Of a stretch of 64,000 nucleotides of DNA, positions 19,226 to 28,851 are shown piece by piece. This DNA comes from Myxococcota bacterium. GTDB taxonomy: Bacteria > Myxococcota_A > UBA796 > SXON01. The notes beneath the pieces were generated by a model that ran no database searches, had not been told where the DNA came from, and was given only the letters and a program-made list of their open reading frames with translations. Each line of letters starts with the position of its first letter. Positions within the stretch are counted from its first letter, which is position 1. The DNA is taken from NCBI GenBank assembly GCA_040386535.1, contig JAZKFH010000019.1:32001-96000 (forward strand). The letters are read 5' to 3'. Both the position numbers and the translations under genes were made by a program.

Positions 19226-20362
19226 TCACGCCGCTGGGGCGGCCGTGCGCGATCCGTCCGCCGCCTGCGCCACGGAGGGCACGGGTTGGTGGACGCGCAT
19301 CGTCTCCTCTCCGACCATCACGCGCACGGTCCGCCCGAGGCGCCGCCACACCGACTCCTGCACGTAGGGCACGCCATGGCGCGCGCACAACGCCTGGACG
19401 CGGGGCTGGGCACGTTGGTAGGCGGCCATCGGCAGATCGGGCCAGAGGTGGTGCTCGATCTGGTAGTTCAGGAACCCGTGGGCGAAGTCGTTCAGATCGC
19501 CGCCCGTGCGGAAGTTGGCCGAGCCGAGCACCTGCCGGAGCAGGAATTCCTGCTTGCTGCGCGTGGGCGTCTCGAAGCGGTACAGGTCTCCGCCGGCGTG
19601 GTTCGGCACGATGACGGCGAAGCTGTGGAGGTTGGTGAGGAGCTCGGCCAACACCTGGTTCACCAACACGCTCGCGGCGGCCCAGGGGGACACCAGCAGG
19701 AAGAGCGCGGGGAGCAGCACGAAGTGCACGGAGGCGTAGGGGAGCACGCTCCGGAGCCACAGATCGCGGCCGGCCGGCGTGCGTGGGTCCCACGTCCAGA
19801 CGCCCCGCGGCAGGTCGGCGCCCGCGCCATCCACCTTCTGGTCGGCGCGGTGCAATTCGGCGATGGTGTTGGGCGCGTAGTACAGCCACTTCCACGTCAG
19901 CGCGAAGAAGAACACCAACAGGTAGCGGGCCGGCCGGGGCCAGCGGCTCTCCCGCAACCAACGCAGGTTCTCCTCGACGAGATCGGGATCGCCAGCCTCG
20001 TTGAGTCGGTAGTGATGGAGCACGTTGTGTTCGTGTTTCCACGCCGCGGGCACCAACCAATCGAACCAGTCGACCACCCGCCGCGCGCCCTCGCCGAAGG
20101 GCTTGCCGGCGCGCCCCAGCCGATCGTAGCCGCGGTGGCCCACGTGGTGGCCCACCATGGTCCACCGCGCGAACCGGCCCGTGGAGAGGGCGAGGATGCT
20201 CAATGGGTTGGGTGCGATCCAGGCGGTGGCCCACCCGAGGAGGCTCGCGGTGTAGCCCCAGCGCTCGATGCGCCGGAGGTGGGCGAGATCGGCGGGGCCA
20301 CACTCCTGGCGCAGCTCCGCGCCGAGCTGCCGAAGGTCGTTGCCGAAGGCGTCCAGATCCAT
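19226..20362 (-). CDS. Membrane fatty acid desaturase
   Basis: His boxes HHVGH, HNVLHH, QIEHHLWP; start ATG 20362. Confidence 0.88.
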   Translation of the reverse strand: MDLDAFGNDLRQLGAELRQECGPADLAHLRRIERWGYTASLLGWATAWIAPNPLSILALSTGRFARWTMVGHHVGHRGYDRLGRAGKPFGEGARRVVDWFDWLVPAAWKHEHNVLHHYRLNEAGDPDLVEENLRWLRESRWPRPARYLLVFFFALTWKWLYYAPNTIAELHRADQKVDGAGADLPRGVWTWDPRTPAGRDLWLRSVLPYASVHFVLLPALFLLVSPWAAASVLVNQVLAELLTNLHSFAVIVPNHAGGDLYRFETPTRSKQEFLLRQVLGSANFRTGGDLNDFAHGFLNYQIEHHLWPDLPMAAYQRAQPRVQALCARHGVPYVQESVWRRLGRTVRVMVGEETMRVHQPVPSVAQAADGSRTAAPAA

Positions 20363-20411
20363 GCGGCGCGGCCTATCGTCGCCGACGGCCCCGCGCTTCA
20401 CGCCCTGCCGT

Positions 20412-22535
20412 TCAGACCCCGACCAGCCCCGCCCGGCGCACCTTCGCGAAGGTGGGCGCGAAGCGCTCCCAATCGCCCGGGAACGCCGCGCGCGCATCGG
20501 ACCACCGCAACGCGGGCCGCCTGTCGCCGGGCGCCGCGGCGTCGAGCACCTCCGCGAGCCACGCCATCGCGTCCCGGCGGGCCTTCACGCGCACGGTGTC
20601 GTCGCGTGTGTGGAGGAGCAGGGCACCGTCGTCCTCGAGGACCTCGCCGCCGAGCCACAGGAGGCGCTCGCCGGGCTCCGGGGGCGGGGCCGCGAGGGCC
20701 TTGGCGATGCGGTCGGAGGGCTCACGCGTGGGGGGCACCTTGGTCTCGAACCAGGTGTGTGCCGGGCGATCCAACTCCCGGCCGCGCATCCACGCCTTGA
20801 GCGCGCGCGGGAGCACGGCGTCGTACCGGTCGGGATCGGCGCCGGTGGCATCGACGTGGAGCATGTCGTTGGCCGCGAAGAGCTTCGCGGCGGCCCGCGC
20901 GGGCATTGCGGGCACGGTGACGCCGTACCGGGCGGGATCGACGGCGATGCCCGAGTGGCGTGTCAACACGAACCGATGCCAGAACGCGGAGCTCAACAGG
21001 TCGGCGGCGAACAGTTGGCGCACGATCTCCAACGAGTCGACGGTCTCCTCCTCGGTCTGGGTCGGGAACCCGTACATCAGGTAGGCGTGCACCATCACCC
21101 CGGCCTGCCGGAACGCGCTCGCCGCGCGGGCCACCTGCTCGATGGTGACACCCTTCTCCATGCGCGCGAGCAGGCGATCCGAGGCCACCTCGAGCCCGCC
21201 CGTGACCGCGATCAGCCCCGCCGCGGCGAGCAGGCGACACACGTCGGGCGTGAAGGACGCCTCGAAGCGGATGTTGCCCCACATCGTCACGGTCGAGCGG
21301 CGCTGGAGCAATTCCAAGGCGAGATCGCGCAAGCCGCGGGGTGGCGCGGCCTCGTCCACGAAGTGGAAGCCGGACTGACCCGTGTCACGAATCAGCTCGT
21401 CCATCACGTCGGCGAGGCGCTCGGCGCGCGCGGGCAGGTAGCGCGCGATGTAGTCGAGCTGGATGTCGCAGAAGGAGCACTTGCGCCAGTAGCAGCCGTG
21501 GGCGAGCGTGATCTTGTTCCACCGCCCGTCGGACCAGAGGCGGTGGGCGGGGTTCAGGCTGTCGACCAGCTGGAGGTAGTGGTCGAGGCGGAGATCCCCA
21601 TAGAAGGCGGCGATGGCGGCGGGCACGTCGGGGGGCGTTGCGGGGGGCTCGCCCCCCGCCCCAAGAGCCGTGGACTCCCAAATCAGGCCAGCGCGCGTAC
21701 GGGTGCGGTGGCGACGATCCGCGCCTCCCGCGAGATGCTCGAGGACCGCCAGGAGCGGCCCCTCGCCGTCATCGTAGACGAGCGTGTCGATGTGGTCCCA
21801 CAGGCGGGGCTCGGCCACGTCGCGCAGCTCGGTGTTGACGTAGCCGCCACCCATGATGACGTGGGCGCCGCGCGCGCGCAGCCGCCGGCCGATGCGCAGG
21901 GCACCGTAGAGGTTGCCGGGGAAGGGGACGGAGAGGCCTACGACGTCGGCGGTGACGGTGTCCGCGAGCTCGTCGAGCCACGTGTCGAGGAGCGTGGTGC
22001 GGGCGAGGCGCGCGGCCAACGCGTCGAAGGAGGCGGGACCCACCGCGAGGTGATGTTGGTAGCGGATGAGCGAGAAGCCCTCGTCGACACAAGAGGTGAC
22101 GAGATCGGCGAGGTCGGAGAGGTAGAGCGTGGCGAGGTGGCGCGCGGCGTCGTCCACGGCGAGGGGGCCGAAGCCGTCGAGGTCGGCGGCCGCGGAGCGG
22201 GGGCCGCGCGGCAGGAACGGGGTGTCGAGCAGGCGCGGCGCGAGGGTGCGGTCCTTGCCCTGGAGAAAGCGGATGACGGGCCCGATCGCGGCCTCGTGGG
22301 CCTCGCGCAGGGCGATGGCGCGCCACGCGGGCTCGGGGAGATCGTCGCCCTCCGCGATCGAGTCGAAGACCGCGGCGAGGCCCGCCTTCGAGTAGAGGCG
22401 CAGCACCCACTCGATGCCGAGGTCACGCTGGGTCGTCGCGACGCCGTGATCGCGGAGCGCGCGCGCGAGGTAGGCGGGGCCCGGGTAGGGCGCGTTGAGC
22501 TGCGTCAGGGGCGGCAGCACCAGGGCCAGTTGCAT
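20412..22535 (-). CDS. B12-binding-domain radical SAM protein
   Basis: CYWRKCSFC motif, MGGGY, HFVDEA, GGLE, YLMYGFP; start ATG 22535. Confidence 0.9.
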   Translation of the reverse strand: MQLALVLPPLTQLNAPYPGPAYLARALRDHGVATTQRDLGIEWVLRLYSKAGLAAVFDSIAEGDDLPEPAWRAIALREAHEAAIGPVIRFLQGKDRTLAPRLLDTPFLPRGPRSAAADLDGFGPLAVDDAARHLATLYLSDLADLVTSCVDEGFSLIRYQHHLAVGPASFDALAARLARTTLLDTWLDELADTVTADVVGLSVPFPGNLYGALRIGRRLRARGAHVIMGGGYVNTELRDVAEPRLWDHIDTLVYDDGEGPLLAVLEHLAGGADRRHRTRTRAGLIWESTALGAGGEPPATPPDVPAAIAAFYGDLRLDHYLQLVDSLNPAHRLWSDGRWNKITLAHGCYWRKCSFCDIQLDYIARYLPARAERLADVMDELIRDTGQSGFHFVDEAAPPRGLRDLALELLQRRSTVTMWGNIRFEASFTPDVCRLLAAAGLIAVTGGLEVASDRLLARMEKGVTIEQVARAASAFRQAGVMVHAYLMYGFPTQTEEETVDSLEIVRQLFAADLLSSAFWHRFVLTRHSGIAVDPARYGVTVPAMPARAAAKLFAANDMLHVDATGADPDRYDAVLPRALKAWMRGRELDRPAHTWFETKVPPTREPSDRIAKALAAPPPEPGERLLWLGGEVLEDDGALLLHTRDDTVRVKARRDAMAWLAEVLDAAAPGDRRPALRWSDARAAFPGDWERFAPTFAKVRRAGLVGV
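21630..21670. repeat. GC-rich palindromic (REP-like) element, copy inside a CDS
   Basis: Reverse complement cggctcttggggcggggggcgagccccccgcaacgcccccc matches 61536-61589. Confidence 0.7.
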
Positions 22536-22541
22536 CGCGCG

Positions 22542-22547
22542 AATGTA
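22542..22547 (-). promoter_or_regulatory. Putative -10 element TACATT, 6 nt before ATG (leaderless-type)
   Basis: Minus strand TACATT-cgcgcg-ATG, no SD. Confidence 0.55.
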
Positions 22548-22631
22548 GCGCGGCGCCTCCCGCGAAAAAAGTCGCGTGCCGGGCGAAGGGCCGGCCACCC
22601 CCGCGACACTCGTAGGGGTGGAGGCTATGAA

Positions 22632-23249
22632 ATGCCCGTCGACATCAACGAGCCACAGGTCCAGATCGCCGGCTTTGCCGGGGTGACGCATGGCTTCGAG
22701 AAGCAGGTGATCCGGGACGTGGTCGCCGGGACGCGCGTGGCACGGGGGCCCTGGGCAGGGGTGGTCCAGGCGCGCGTCGGGGTCGCGCCCCGCGCGTCGG
22801 ATCCGCTGGCGTCGGCGGTCGGGGAGCTCGCGTGGCAGGCGTGGGGCGCCGCCGAGGGGCCGCTCTACTCCCTGGACGACGTGCTCGGCGCCAGCGCCTC
22901 GGCCGAGCTCGGCGTGCCTGCGTTCGGCGCGCGGTTCTCGGGCGGCCCGTTCCTGTCCGTCGGCATCGACGCGGCGTTCGTGTCCCGGGGCGTCTACTAC
23001 GGGAGCGAGGAGAGGGTGGTGTCCGCGGGGGAGGTATTGCCGGCCGTCGGCGCCCGCATCGGCGCGGGCGTGAACTGGTGCCTGGGGAAGAACCTCGCCA
23101 TCCGCGCCGAGATCTCGGACGTGGTGCGCTCCGCCTCCCTCATCGAGCCGGCGGGCGGCTTCCGGAGCAACACGCTGAGCGAGGATCCGCCCAACCCCTT
23201 GTTCGTTCACCAGGTCGCGCTCGCCGTGACCATCGCCGTGGGCCGGTAG
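22632..23249 (+). CDS. Hypothetical beta-barrel-like protein
   Basis: 3' part of ORF 20268..23249; ATG 22632 after GGAGG; amphipathic beta-strand pattern; no clear signal peptide. Confidence 0.5.
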   Translation: MPVDINEPQVQIAGFAGVTHGFEKQVIRDVVAGTRVARGPWAGVVQARVGVAPRASDPLASAVGELAWQAWGAAEGPLYSLDDVLGASASAELGVPAFGARFSGGPFLSVGIDAAFVSRGVYYGSEERVVSAGEVLPAVGARIGAGVNWCLGKNLAIRAEISDVVRSASLIEPAGGFRSNTLSEDPPNPLFVHQVALAVTIAVGR

Positions 23250-23258
23250 GAGGGCGTC

Positions 23259-23849
23259 ATGTGGCTAATCATCATCGCGAGCGCGCAGGCGTTCGAAGTC
23301 GATGTGGGCCTCGGCAGCGAGCTGGTCGCCAACGAGCCCTTCGTCAACCCCATCGGGATGCGCGGCTCGGTCACGCTCCGGCCGTTGCCCTGGCTCGGCG
23401 CCGGCTTGTCGCTGGCCGGCTACCCTCTCCGCGTGCAGACGACCCGCTACGACGTGATTGCCGGCTTCAGTATCGTCCCCGACGCGGCGCCCATCGTCGG
23501 GACCGGCAGCTTCGTCGGCGCGGTACGGTTCGCGCGCGGGCCCATCGGCACGTTCGACGGCGCGATCGATCTCGTGGTGGGCGTCGGTGGGGTCTACTCG
23601 GTGGACGACTGCGTCGCGTTGCAGATGGTGGACGACCCCGTCTGCCTCGGCACCCAACGCCAGCTGCACCCCGCCTCGATCATCGGGCTCAACGCGATGA
23701 TCGGCCAGGGCCAGTGGGGCGTGCGGCTGCGCGGAGAGCGGTGGGCGTACACCGAGACGGTCGCCGGCACGGTGGAGCGGTCGAAGGACCCGGTGTGGCT
23801 GGGCGTCGACCTGGTGGTGCGCTTCGGGGGCGCGCCGGCCTCCCCATGA
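23259..23849 (+). CDS. Secreted outer-membrane beta-barrel protein
   Basis: AGGAGG RBS; short signal MWLIIIASAQA; NEPF motif; C-terminal strand WLGVDLVVRF. Confidence 0.7.
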   Translation: MWLIIIASAQAFEVDVGLGSELVANEPFVNPIGMRGSVTLRPLPWLGAGLSLAGYPLRVQTTRYDVIAGFSIVPDAAPIVGTGSFVGAVRFARGPIGTFDGAIDLVVGVGGVYSVDDCVALQMVDDPVCLGTQRQLHPASIIGLNAMIGQGQWGVRLRGERWAYTETVAGTVERSKDPVWLGVDLVVRFGGAPASP

Positions 23850-24655
23850 TGCCCTGGCTGCTCCTCGTGGCGGGCGTCGCGGCGATGCCCTGGTGGACGG
23901 AGGATGCCCGCGAGGCCGAGGCCGTGCGCGCGGCGCTGGTCGAGCTGTGGCCGACGAGCCCGTTCGTGGTCCAGGAGGGCGCGCCCGAGGGGCTCGGCGC
24001 CTGGTACGGCGACGGCGTGCTCCACCTCGTGCTCGTGGACGGGGTGCGCGAGGGCCCGGTCGGCCCCGACGCCGCCGAGCAGGTGGTCATCGCGCGGGCG
24101 TGGCTCGCCGAGCTCGGGCCCGAGCGGCGGCGGTGGGCGGGGCGCGCGCCGATCCGGCCGCAGGTCGGGCTGCTCGTCGGCACCGGGGTGGCGAACGAGG
24201 TGGCGCCGGCGCCGCTCCACGTCGCGATCGCGGGCGATCTGTCGTGGCGTCTGCTCACGGTCACGCCGTTCGCGACGGGGGACCTGGGGACGGTCCAGGC
24301 CGCACGCGACGGGGCGCCGGTGAACGAGACGCGGGTGGGAGTGGGGGTCGCGATCGGGACGCGGGCGCCGCTCTGGGGCGGCGAGCTCGCCCTCGTCGCG
24401 GGGCCGACCGTGCGCCTGGTGGTGGCGACGGCACGCGGGGGAACGGCGACCGTGCTCCTCCCGGGGATCGCCGAGCGCGTCCATTGGTGGCGCGCCGTGG
24501 CGCCGGGTTGGCGGTTCGGCGTGGGGGCCACCGTGCAGTTCGACGGCATCGCGTCGAGCTGGAAGCAGCCGTGGACGGAGGTCGGGGACACCGTGTATGC
24601 GCGCCCCGAGCTGGTCGCGGCCCTCGAGATCGGCCTCGCGTGGGCGAACCCGTGA
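23846..24655 (+). CDS. Secreted protein with C-terminal beta-barrel-like region (ECF cassette partner)
   Basis: ATGA overlap; hydrophobic N-terminus; ends ALEIGLAW. Confidence 0.65.
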   Translation: MMPWLLLVAGVAAMPWWTEDAREAEAVRAALVELWPTSPFVVQEGAPEGLGAWYGDGVLHLVLVDGVREGPVGPDAAEQVVIARAWLAELGPERRRWAGRAPIRPQVGLLVGTGVANEVAPAPLHVAIAGDLSWRLLTVTPFATGDLGTVQAARDGAPVNETRVGVGVAIGTRAPLWGGELALVAGPTVRLVVATARGGTATVLLPGIAERVHWWRAVAPGWRFGVGATVQFDGIASSWKQPWTEVGDTVYARPELVAALEIGLAWANP

Positions 24656-25242
24656 GCGGAGACGAACGCCAGGCCTTCGCCGCGGCGCTGCGGGCCGGCG
24701 CACCCGACGCGGTGGACCGCTTGTACCGCGACCATGCGCGCGCCGTGCTGGCGTGGTGCCTGCGGCTCGGCCCGCCGGGGATGGACGCGGAGGACGCGGC
24801 GCAGGAGGTGTTCATCACGGCGCTCCGGCGGCTCGGGGAGTACCGCGGCGACGCGTCGGTGAGCACCTGGTTGTTCCAGGTCACGCGGCGGGTGGTCGCC
24901 AACCAGCGGCGTCGCCACGCGTTGCGACGCTTCTTCGGGCTGGAGAGTGCGCCGGAGCCGTCGGTGTCGGCCGCGGCGGAGGCCGCGCTGGGGCGGGAGG
25001 GCGAGCGGCGGCTGGTCCGGCGGGCGCTCGCGCGGCTCTCGGCGGCGCATCGGGAGGTGATCGTGCTCGTGGATCTCGACGAGCGGCCCGCGCCCGAGGC
25101 CGCGGAGATGCTCGGGGTGCCGGTCGGCACGATCTACAGCCGGCTGCACGCGGCGCGGCGCGCGTTCGCGACGGCGGCGGTCGCGGAGGGTTGGGAGGTC
25201 GTCGAGCGGGACGGCGCGCCGGTGTTGGGGGTGGCGCGATGA
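24652..25242 (+). CDS. ECF RNA polymerase sigma factor
   Basis: Region 2 DAEDAAQEVF..TWLF; region 4 REVIVL...EAAEMLGVPVGTIYSRLHAAR. Confidence 0.92.
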   Translation: MSGDERQAFAAALRAGAPDAVDRLYRDHARAVLAWCLRLGPPGMDAEDAAQEVFITALRRLGEYRGDASVSTWLFQVTRRVVANQRRRHALRRFFGLESAPEPSVSAAAEAALGREGERRLVRRALARLSAAHREVIVLVDLDERPAPEAAEMLGVPVGTIYSRLHAARRAFATAAVAEGWEVVERDGAPVLGVAR

Positions 25243-26087
25243 GTCGTGATCCGGATGACGCGCGGATGCGCGATGCACGGGCAGCGACGGAGCCCGACGA
25301 CGCGGCGGTGGCGCGGCTCGCGGAGGCGTCGGGCGGCCTGTCCGTGGTGGCGCGCGTGGCGACGACGCCGGACGACGCGGAGGTGCGCCGCGTGGTCGCG
25401 CGGGCCCGCCTCGCGCCGGCACGAACGTCGTGGCGGCTCGGCTGGCTCCTGGGCCTGGGGCTGGCGGGCGCCGCGTTCGCCGGAGCGGCGTGGTGGCCGG
25501 AGGCGCCGGTGTTGGTTGTCCCCGAGGAGATAGCGCCGGTCGAGGTCGTCCGCGCGGTGGAGCCGGTCGTGATTCCGCCCGCGCCGGCGCAGCCCCTCCC
25601 GATCGCGCGTCCGCCGCGGGCTCCGCCGGTCAAGGAGCCCGCGGTACCGGAGAAACCGCTCCCCGAGCTCGCGCCGCCGCCGATTCCGGAGGCGCCCGCC
25701 GCCGCCCCGAACGCGGAGGCCCGCGCGCTCGCTGCGTTGCTCGCCCGGGTCGAAGCCGGCGAGCCCCCGCGCCAGGTGCTCGCCGCGGTCGAGGCGTGGA
25801 CGTCCACCGCGTCGGCGGGCCCCCTGCGCGAGGAGGGCGAGCTGCTCACGTTTGCCCTCGCGGCGCGGGTCCGTGCGCCGGGGCCGCTCGCGAAGAAGGC
25901 CGCCGCCTGGGCCGCCGGCCACCCGGCACACCCGCGGGCGGGCGAGACCTGGCTGCTCGCGGGGGATCTCGCCGAGCGCGCGAACGCTTGTGTCGACGCG
26001 ACGGCCAACTGGGAGCGGGCGGCGGCGACGAGCCCTTCGTTACGACGGGCCGCGGACGAGCGGCTGACGGCGACACGCTGTCGGTAG
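25239..26087 (+). CDS. Putative anti-sigma factor (TM, Pro-rich linker, TPR-like C-terminus)
   Basis: ATGA overlap with the sigma gene; single TM; PEAP-rich linker; helical repeats (LREEG, HPAHPRAGE). Confidence 0.7.
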   Translation: MSRDPDDARMRDARAATEPDDAAVARLAEASGGLSVVARVATTPDDAEVRRVVARARLAPARTSWRLGWLLGLGLAGAAFAGAAWWPEAPVLVVPEEIAPVEVVRAVEPVVIPPAPAQPLPIARPPRAPPVKEPAVPEKPLPELAPPPIPEAPAAAPNAEARALAALLARVEAGEPPRQVLAAVEAWTSTASAGPLREEGELLTFALAARVRAPGPLAKKAAAWAAGHPAHPRAGETWLLAGDLAERANACVDATANWERAAATSPSLRRAADERLTATRCR

Positions 26088-26100
26088 CGCGCCTACGCGC

Positions 26101-27975
26101 CTATCGGCAGGGCCACATCCCCAGCGCGGCCACGTTGTCGTCCTCGTCGCACTCGCCCACGGTGCCCGCCGAGTCGACCGTGGCGAGGAGCACGCCGCCG
26201 CCCCACTCGACGCGGTTGAAGCGGAGCGGGCCGAGGAGCAAACTCGCGCCGGAGTCGAGGCTCGCGACGGTCTCGACGAGCACCGGCACGCCGTCCGAGC
26301 GCGTGAAGGTCACGTCGAAGTCGACACCGGCGACGAGGCCCCGGTTGGTGACGGGGAGGTAGAGCACCACGGTGCCGTCGTCCTCGTCCGACACACAGTC
26401 CGAGAGGCAGGTCTGCGGCGGGCCGAGCGTGAGGTCGGCCAACCAATGGGACGGGCCGAGGATGGTGCCACCGGCGCGGAAGTTGTTCCACGTCTCCCAA
26501 TTGTTCGGTTGGACGGCGGGGATGCCACCGTCGTCCTCGACGTTGGTGATGTGGTAGGCGTGTTGGTTCCAGATTGGGCGCGCGGGGGCCCAGGAGGCGT
26601 CCGCGTCGCCGATGACGGTGATGCCGTTCCAGCCGGTCCACCACATGTCGTTGGAGCCGACGATGATCTCGGTGGAGCCGTCCCCGTCGACGTCCGCGAT
26701 GACCGGGTACTCGAAGAGCGTGCCGGACGCGTGGTCGACCGCCTGCATGAGCACGGTGCCGGTGGCGCCGTCGTAGATCCAGAGGTCGTGCTCGTCGGCG
26801 TACACGACCTCGGCCTTGCCGTCACCCTCGAAGTCGAACACGGAGGAGCCGGTCACCGAACTCGACGCGTCCTGGGTCACGGCCGACCAGAGAACGCTGC
26901 CGTCGGTCTCGAGCACCGTGTACAACGAGCGGCCGGCCACGCCGACCTCGGGCTGCCCGTCACCATCGAAGTCCGCCACGGTGGGGGGCCCGCCGCCGCC
27001 GCCCGGCACACCCACCGACCAGAGCAGGGTGCCGTCCGTGTCGGAGAGGGTGACCACCGCGCCGCCGACGCGCACCACCTCGGGGAGGCCGTCCCCGTCG
27101 AAGTCGCCCACGGCGGGCCACCCGTCGCTGCCGCCGTCGTACCAGACGGTGGAGCCGTCCATCTCGTACACCGCGTTGCCCGCGACCACCTCGAGCACGC
27201 CGTCATCGTCCATGTCGACCGCGAACGAGGTGCGCGCGTTGCCGTTCGAGCCGCTTCCGTAGGCGCCGGTCCCCAGCAGCACGCCCGCGGAGCTGATGAT
27301 CTGGCGCCCCCACACCACCTCCGCGAGGCCGTCCCCATCGAGGTCGGCGAGGGAGGGGAACCCGTACGGGTCAACGTCGGAGCCGCCGTTCCACTTGAAG
27401 GTGCCGTCGGCTTCGAGGCACAACACGCCGCCGCTCGTGCTGGCCGTGCACACGTCGGGCGAGCCGTCGCCCTCGAGATCGCCGATGGCGACCCCGCCCG
27501 AGCCGTACACGCCGTAGCCACCCGCGCCCGTGATCGAGTAGTGCATCCCGGAGCCGTCGCCGGAGATGACGTTTAGCGTGCCCGCGGAGCTGTAGTTCCC
27601 GGCGACGTAGGCGGTGAACGCGATGTCGGGGATGTCGTCGGTGTCGATGTCCCCGTCGCCGTCGTCATCCGTGAGGTTGGCCACCACCGGCGTGGACATG
27701 ACCTGCTCGTAGCCGGACACGACGGGGTTCACGTCCCAGAGCCACTCCACGATCGGCGAGAAGGTGCCGACCAGCGGCTCGGCGATACACGCCTCGTCGG
27801 GGATGGGCGCGGTGACGCCGACGGCCTCGAACGTGTCGCAGTTCTCGGTGTCGAAACGCGCGGTGTCGACCGGCGGCGGCGTGTCCCCGGTGTCGGGCTC
27901 GGGGATGTCGCCCTTGTGGGCGAGCGTGCTCTCGATGGCGCAACCGGCGAGCAACAGGAAGCTGAAGCGGGACAT
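26101..27975 (-). CDS. FG-GAP/VCBS-repeat lipoprotein with CARDB-like C-terminus
   Basis: LLAGC lipobox; repeated DxDGDGxPEV motifs; C-terminal ECDEDDN. Confidence 0.85.
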   Translation of the reverse strand: MSRFSFLLLAGCAIESTLAHKGDIPEPDTGDTPPPVDTARFDTENCDTFEAVGVTAPIPDEACIAEPLVGTFSPIVEWLWDVNPVVSGYEQVMSTPVVANLTDDDGDGDIDTDDIPDIAFTAYVAGNYSSAGTLNVISGDGSGMHYSITGAGGYGVYGSGGVAIGDLEGDGSPDVCTASTSGGVLCLEADGTFKWNGGSDVDPYGFPSLADLDGDGLAEVVWGRQIISSAGVLLGTGAYGSGSNGNARTSFAVDMDDDGVLEVVAGNAVYEMDGSTVWYDGGSDGWPAVGDFDGDGLPEVVRVGGAVVTLSDTDGTLLWSVGVPGGGGGPPTVADFDGDGQPEVGVAGRSLYTVLETDGSVLWSAVTQDASSSVTGSSVFDFEGDGKAEVVYADEHDLWIYDGATGTVLMQAVDHASGTLFEYPVIADVDGDGSTEIIVGSNDMWWTGWNGITVIGDADASWAPARPIWNQHAYHITNVEDDGGIPAVQPNNWETWNNFRAGGTILGPSHWLADLTLGPPQTCLSDCVSDEDDGTVVLYLPVTNRGLVAGVDFDVTFTRSDGVPVLVETVASLDSGASLLLGPLRFNRVEWGGGVLLATVDSAGTVGECDEDDNVAALGMWPCR

Positions 27976-27981
27976 GGGGCG

Positions 27982-27987
27982 AGTGTA
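27982..27987 (-). promoter_or_regulatory. Putative -10 element TACACT, 6 nt before ATG (leaderless-type)
   Basis: Minus strand TACACT-cgcccc-ATG, no SD. Confidence 0.55.
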
Positions 27988-28079
27988 GTCCCAAGTGTCG
28001 ACCCCCGGGGCACGGGCCGTGCGCGCTCCGGCTTGCCCCCGGACGATCCGCGGGTGAAGCCGGCCATTGGAGGGTGGAC

Positions 28080-28835
28080 ATGGAGCGAGGGCCCCCGAGA
28101 CCCACGGTCGACCGGGACTGCATCGTCGTGGGGCGGCAGGACTACGGCGAGTCGGACCGGATCGTCCGGGTGCTCACGCCCGACGAGGGGCGCGTCTCCT
28201 TGCTCGCGCGGGGCGCGCGTTCGGATCGCAGCAAGTGGGCGGGGCTCGACCTCGCCACGCGGGCGCACATCCGGTCGCGGCGCGGGCGGACCGATCTGGA
28301 GACCCTGGTGGAGGTCGAGGTGGCCGATCCGCGCGTGGGGATCCGCAGCTCGTTGGAGCGCCTCGCGCTCGCCGCCTACGCCTGCGAGCTCTGCGGCGCC
28401 CTCGCCCGTGAGGGGTACCCGGAGCCGCGCCTGTACGGGCTCCTCGAGATGATGTTGCTCGTGCTCGACGCGGCGTCGACCGATCCCGGCGACGCATTGC
28501 GGGCGGGCCTGGAGGCCAAGGCGCTCACGTTCGCGGGTGTGGCGCCGGTGCTCGACCGGTGCGTCGCGTGTGGCGGTGCGCCCGAGGCGGAGATGCGCTT
28601 CGCGCCCGGTGTCGGCGGGCTGGTGCACCTGCGGTGTGCGCCCACGGAGGGCACCTTCCGGCACGTCACCGCGGCGCACGCCGCCGCGCTGGAGTCCGCG
28701 CGGCGCGCGCCTCTCCGGGATCTGCTCGACGTCGTGCTGCCCCCGGGCCCGCCCGACGTGCTCCACGAAGCGGTCGCCGCCCACCTCGGGCGTGCGCTCG
28801 CCTCGCGCGCGGTGCTGGACGCGCTGCTACAGTGA
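28080..28835 (+). CDS. recO: DNA repair protein RecO
   Basis: DYGESDRIV..LT..EG..LARGAR; Zn-finger CVACG...HLRC. Confidence 0.9.
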   Translation: MERGPPRPTVDRDCIVVGRQDYGESDRIVRVLTPDEGRVSLLARGARSDRSKWAGLDLATRAHIRSRRGRTDLETLVEVEVADPRVGIRSSLERLALAAYACELCGALAREGYPEPRLYGLLEMMLLVLDAASTDPGDALRAGLEAKALTFAGVAPVLDRCVACGGAPEAEMRFAPGVGGLVHLRCAPTEGTFRHVTAAHAAALESARRAPLRDLLDVVLPPGPPDVLHEAVAAHLGRALASRAVLDALLQ

Positions 28836-28851
28836 AGGAGATGGTGCCGTC

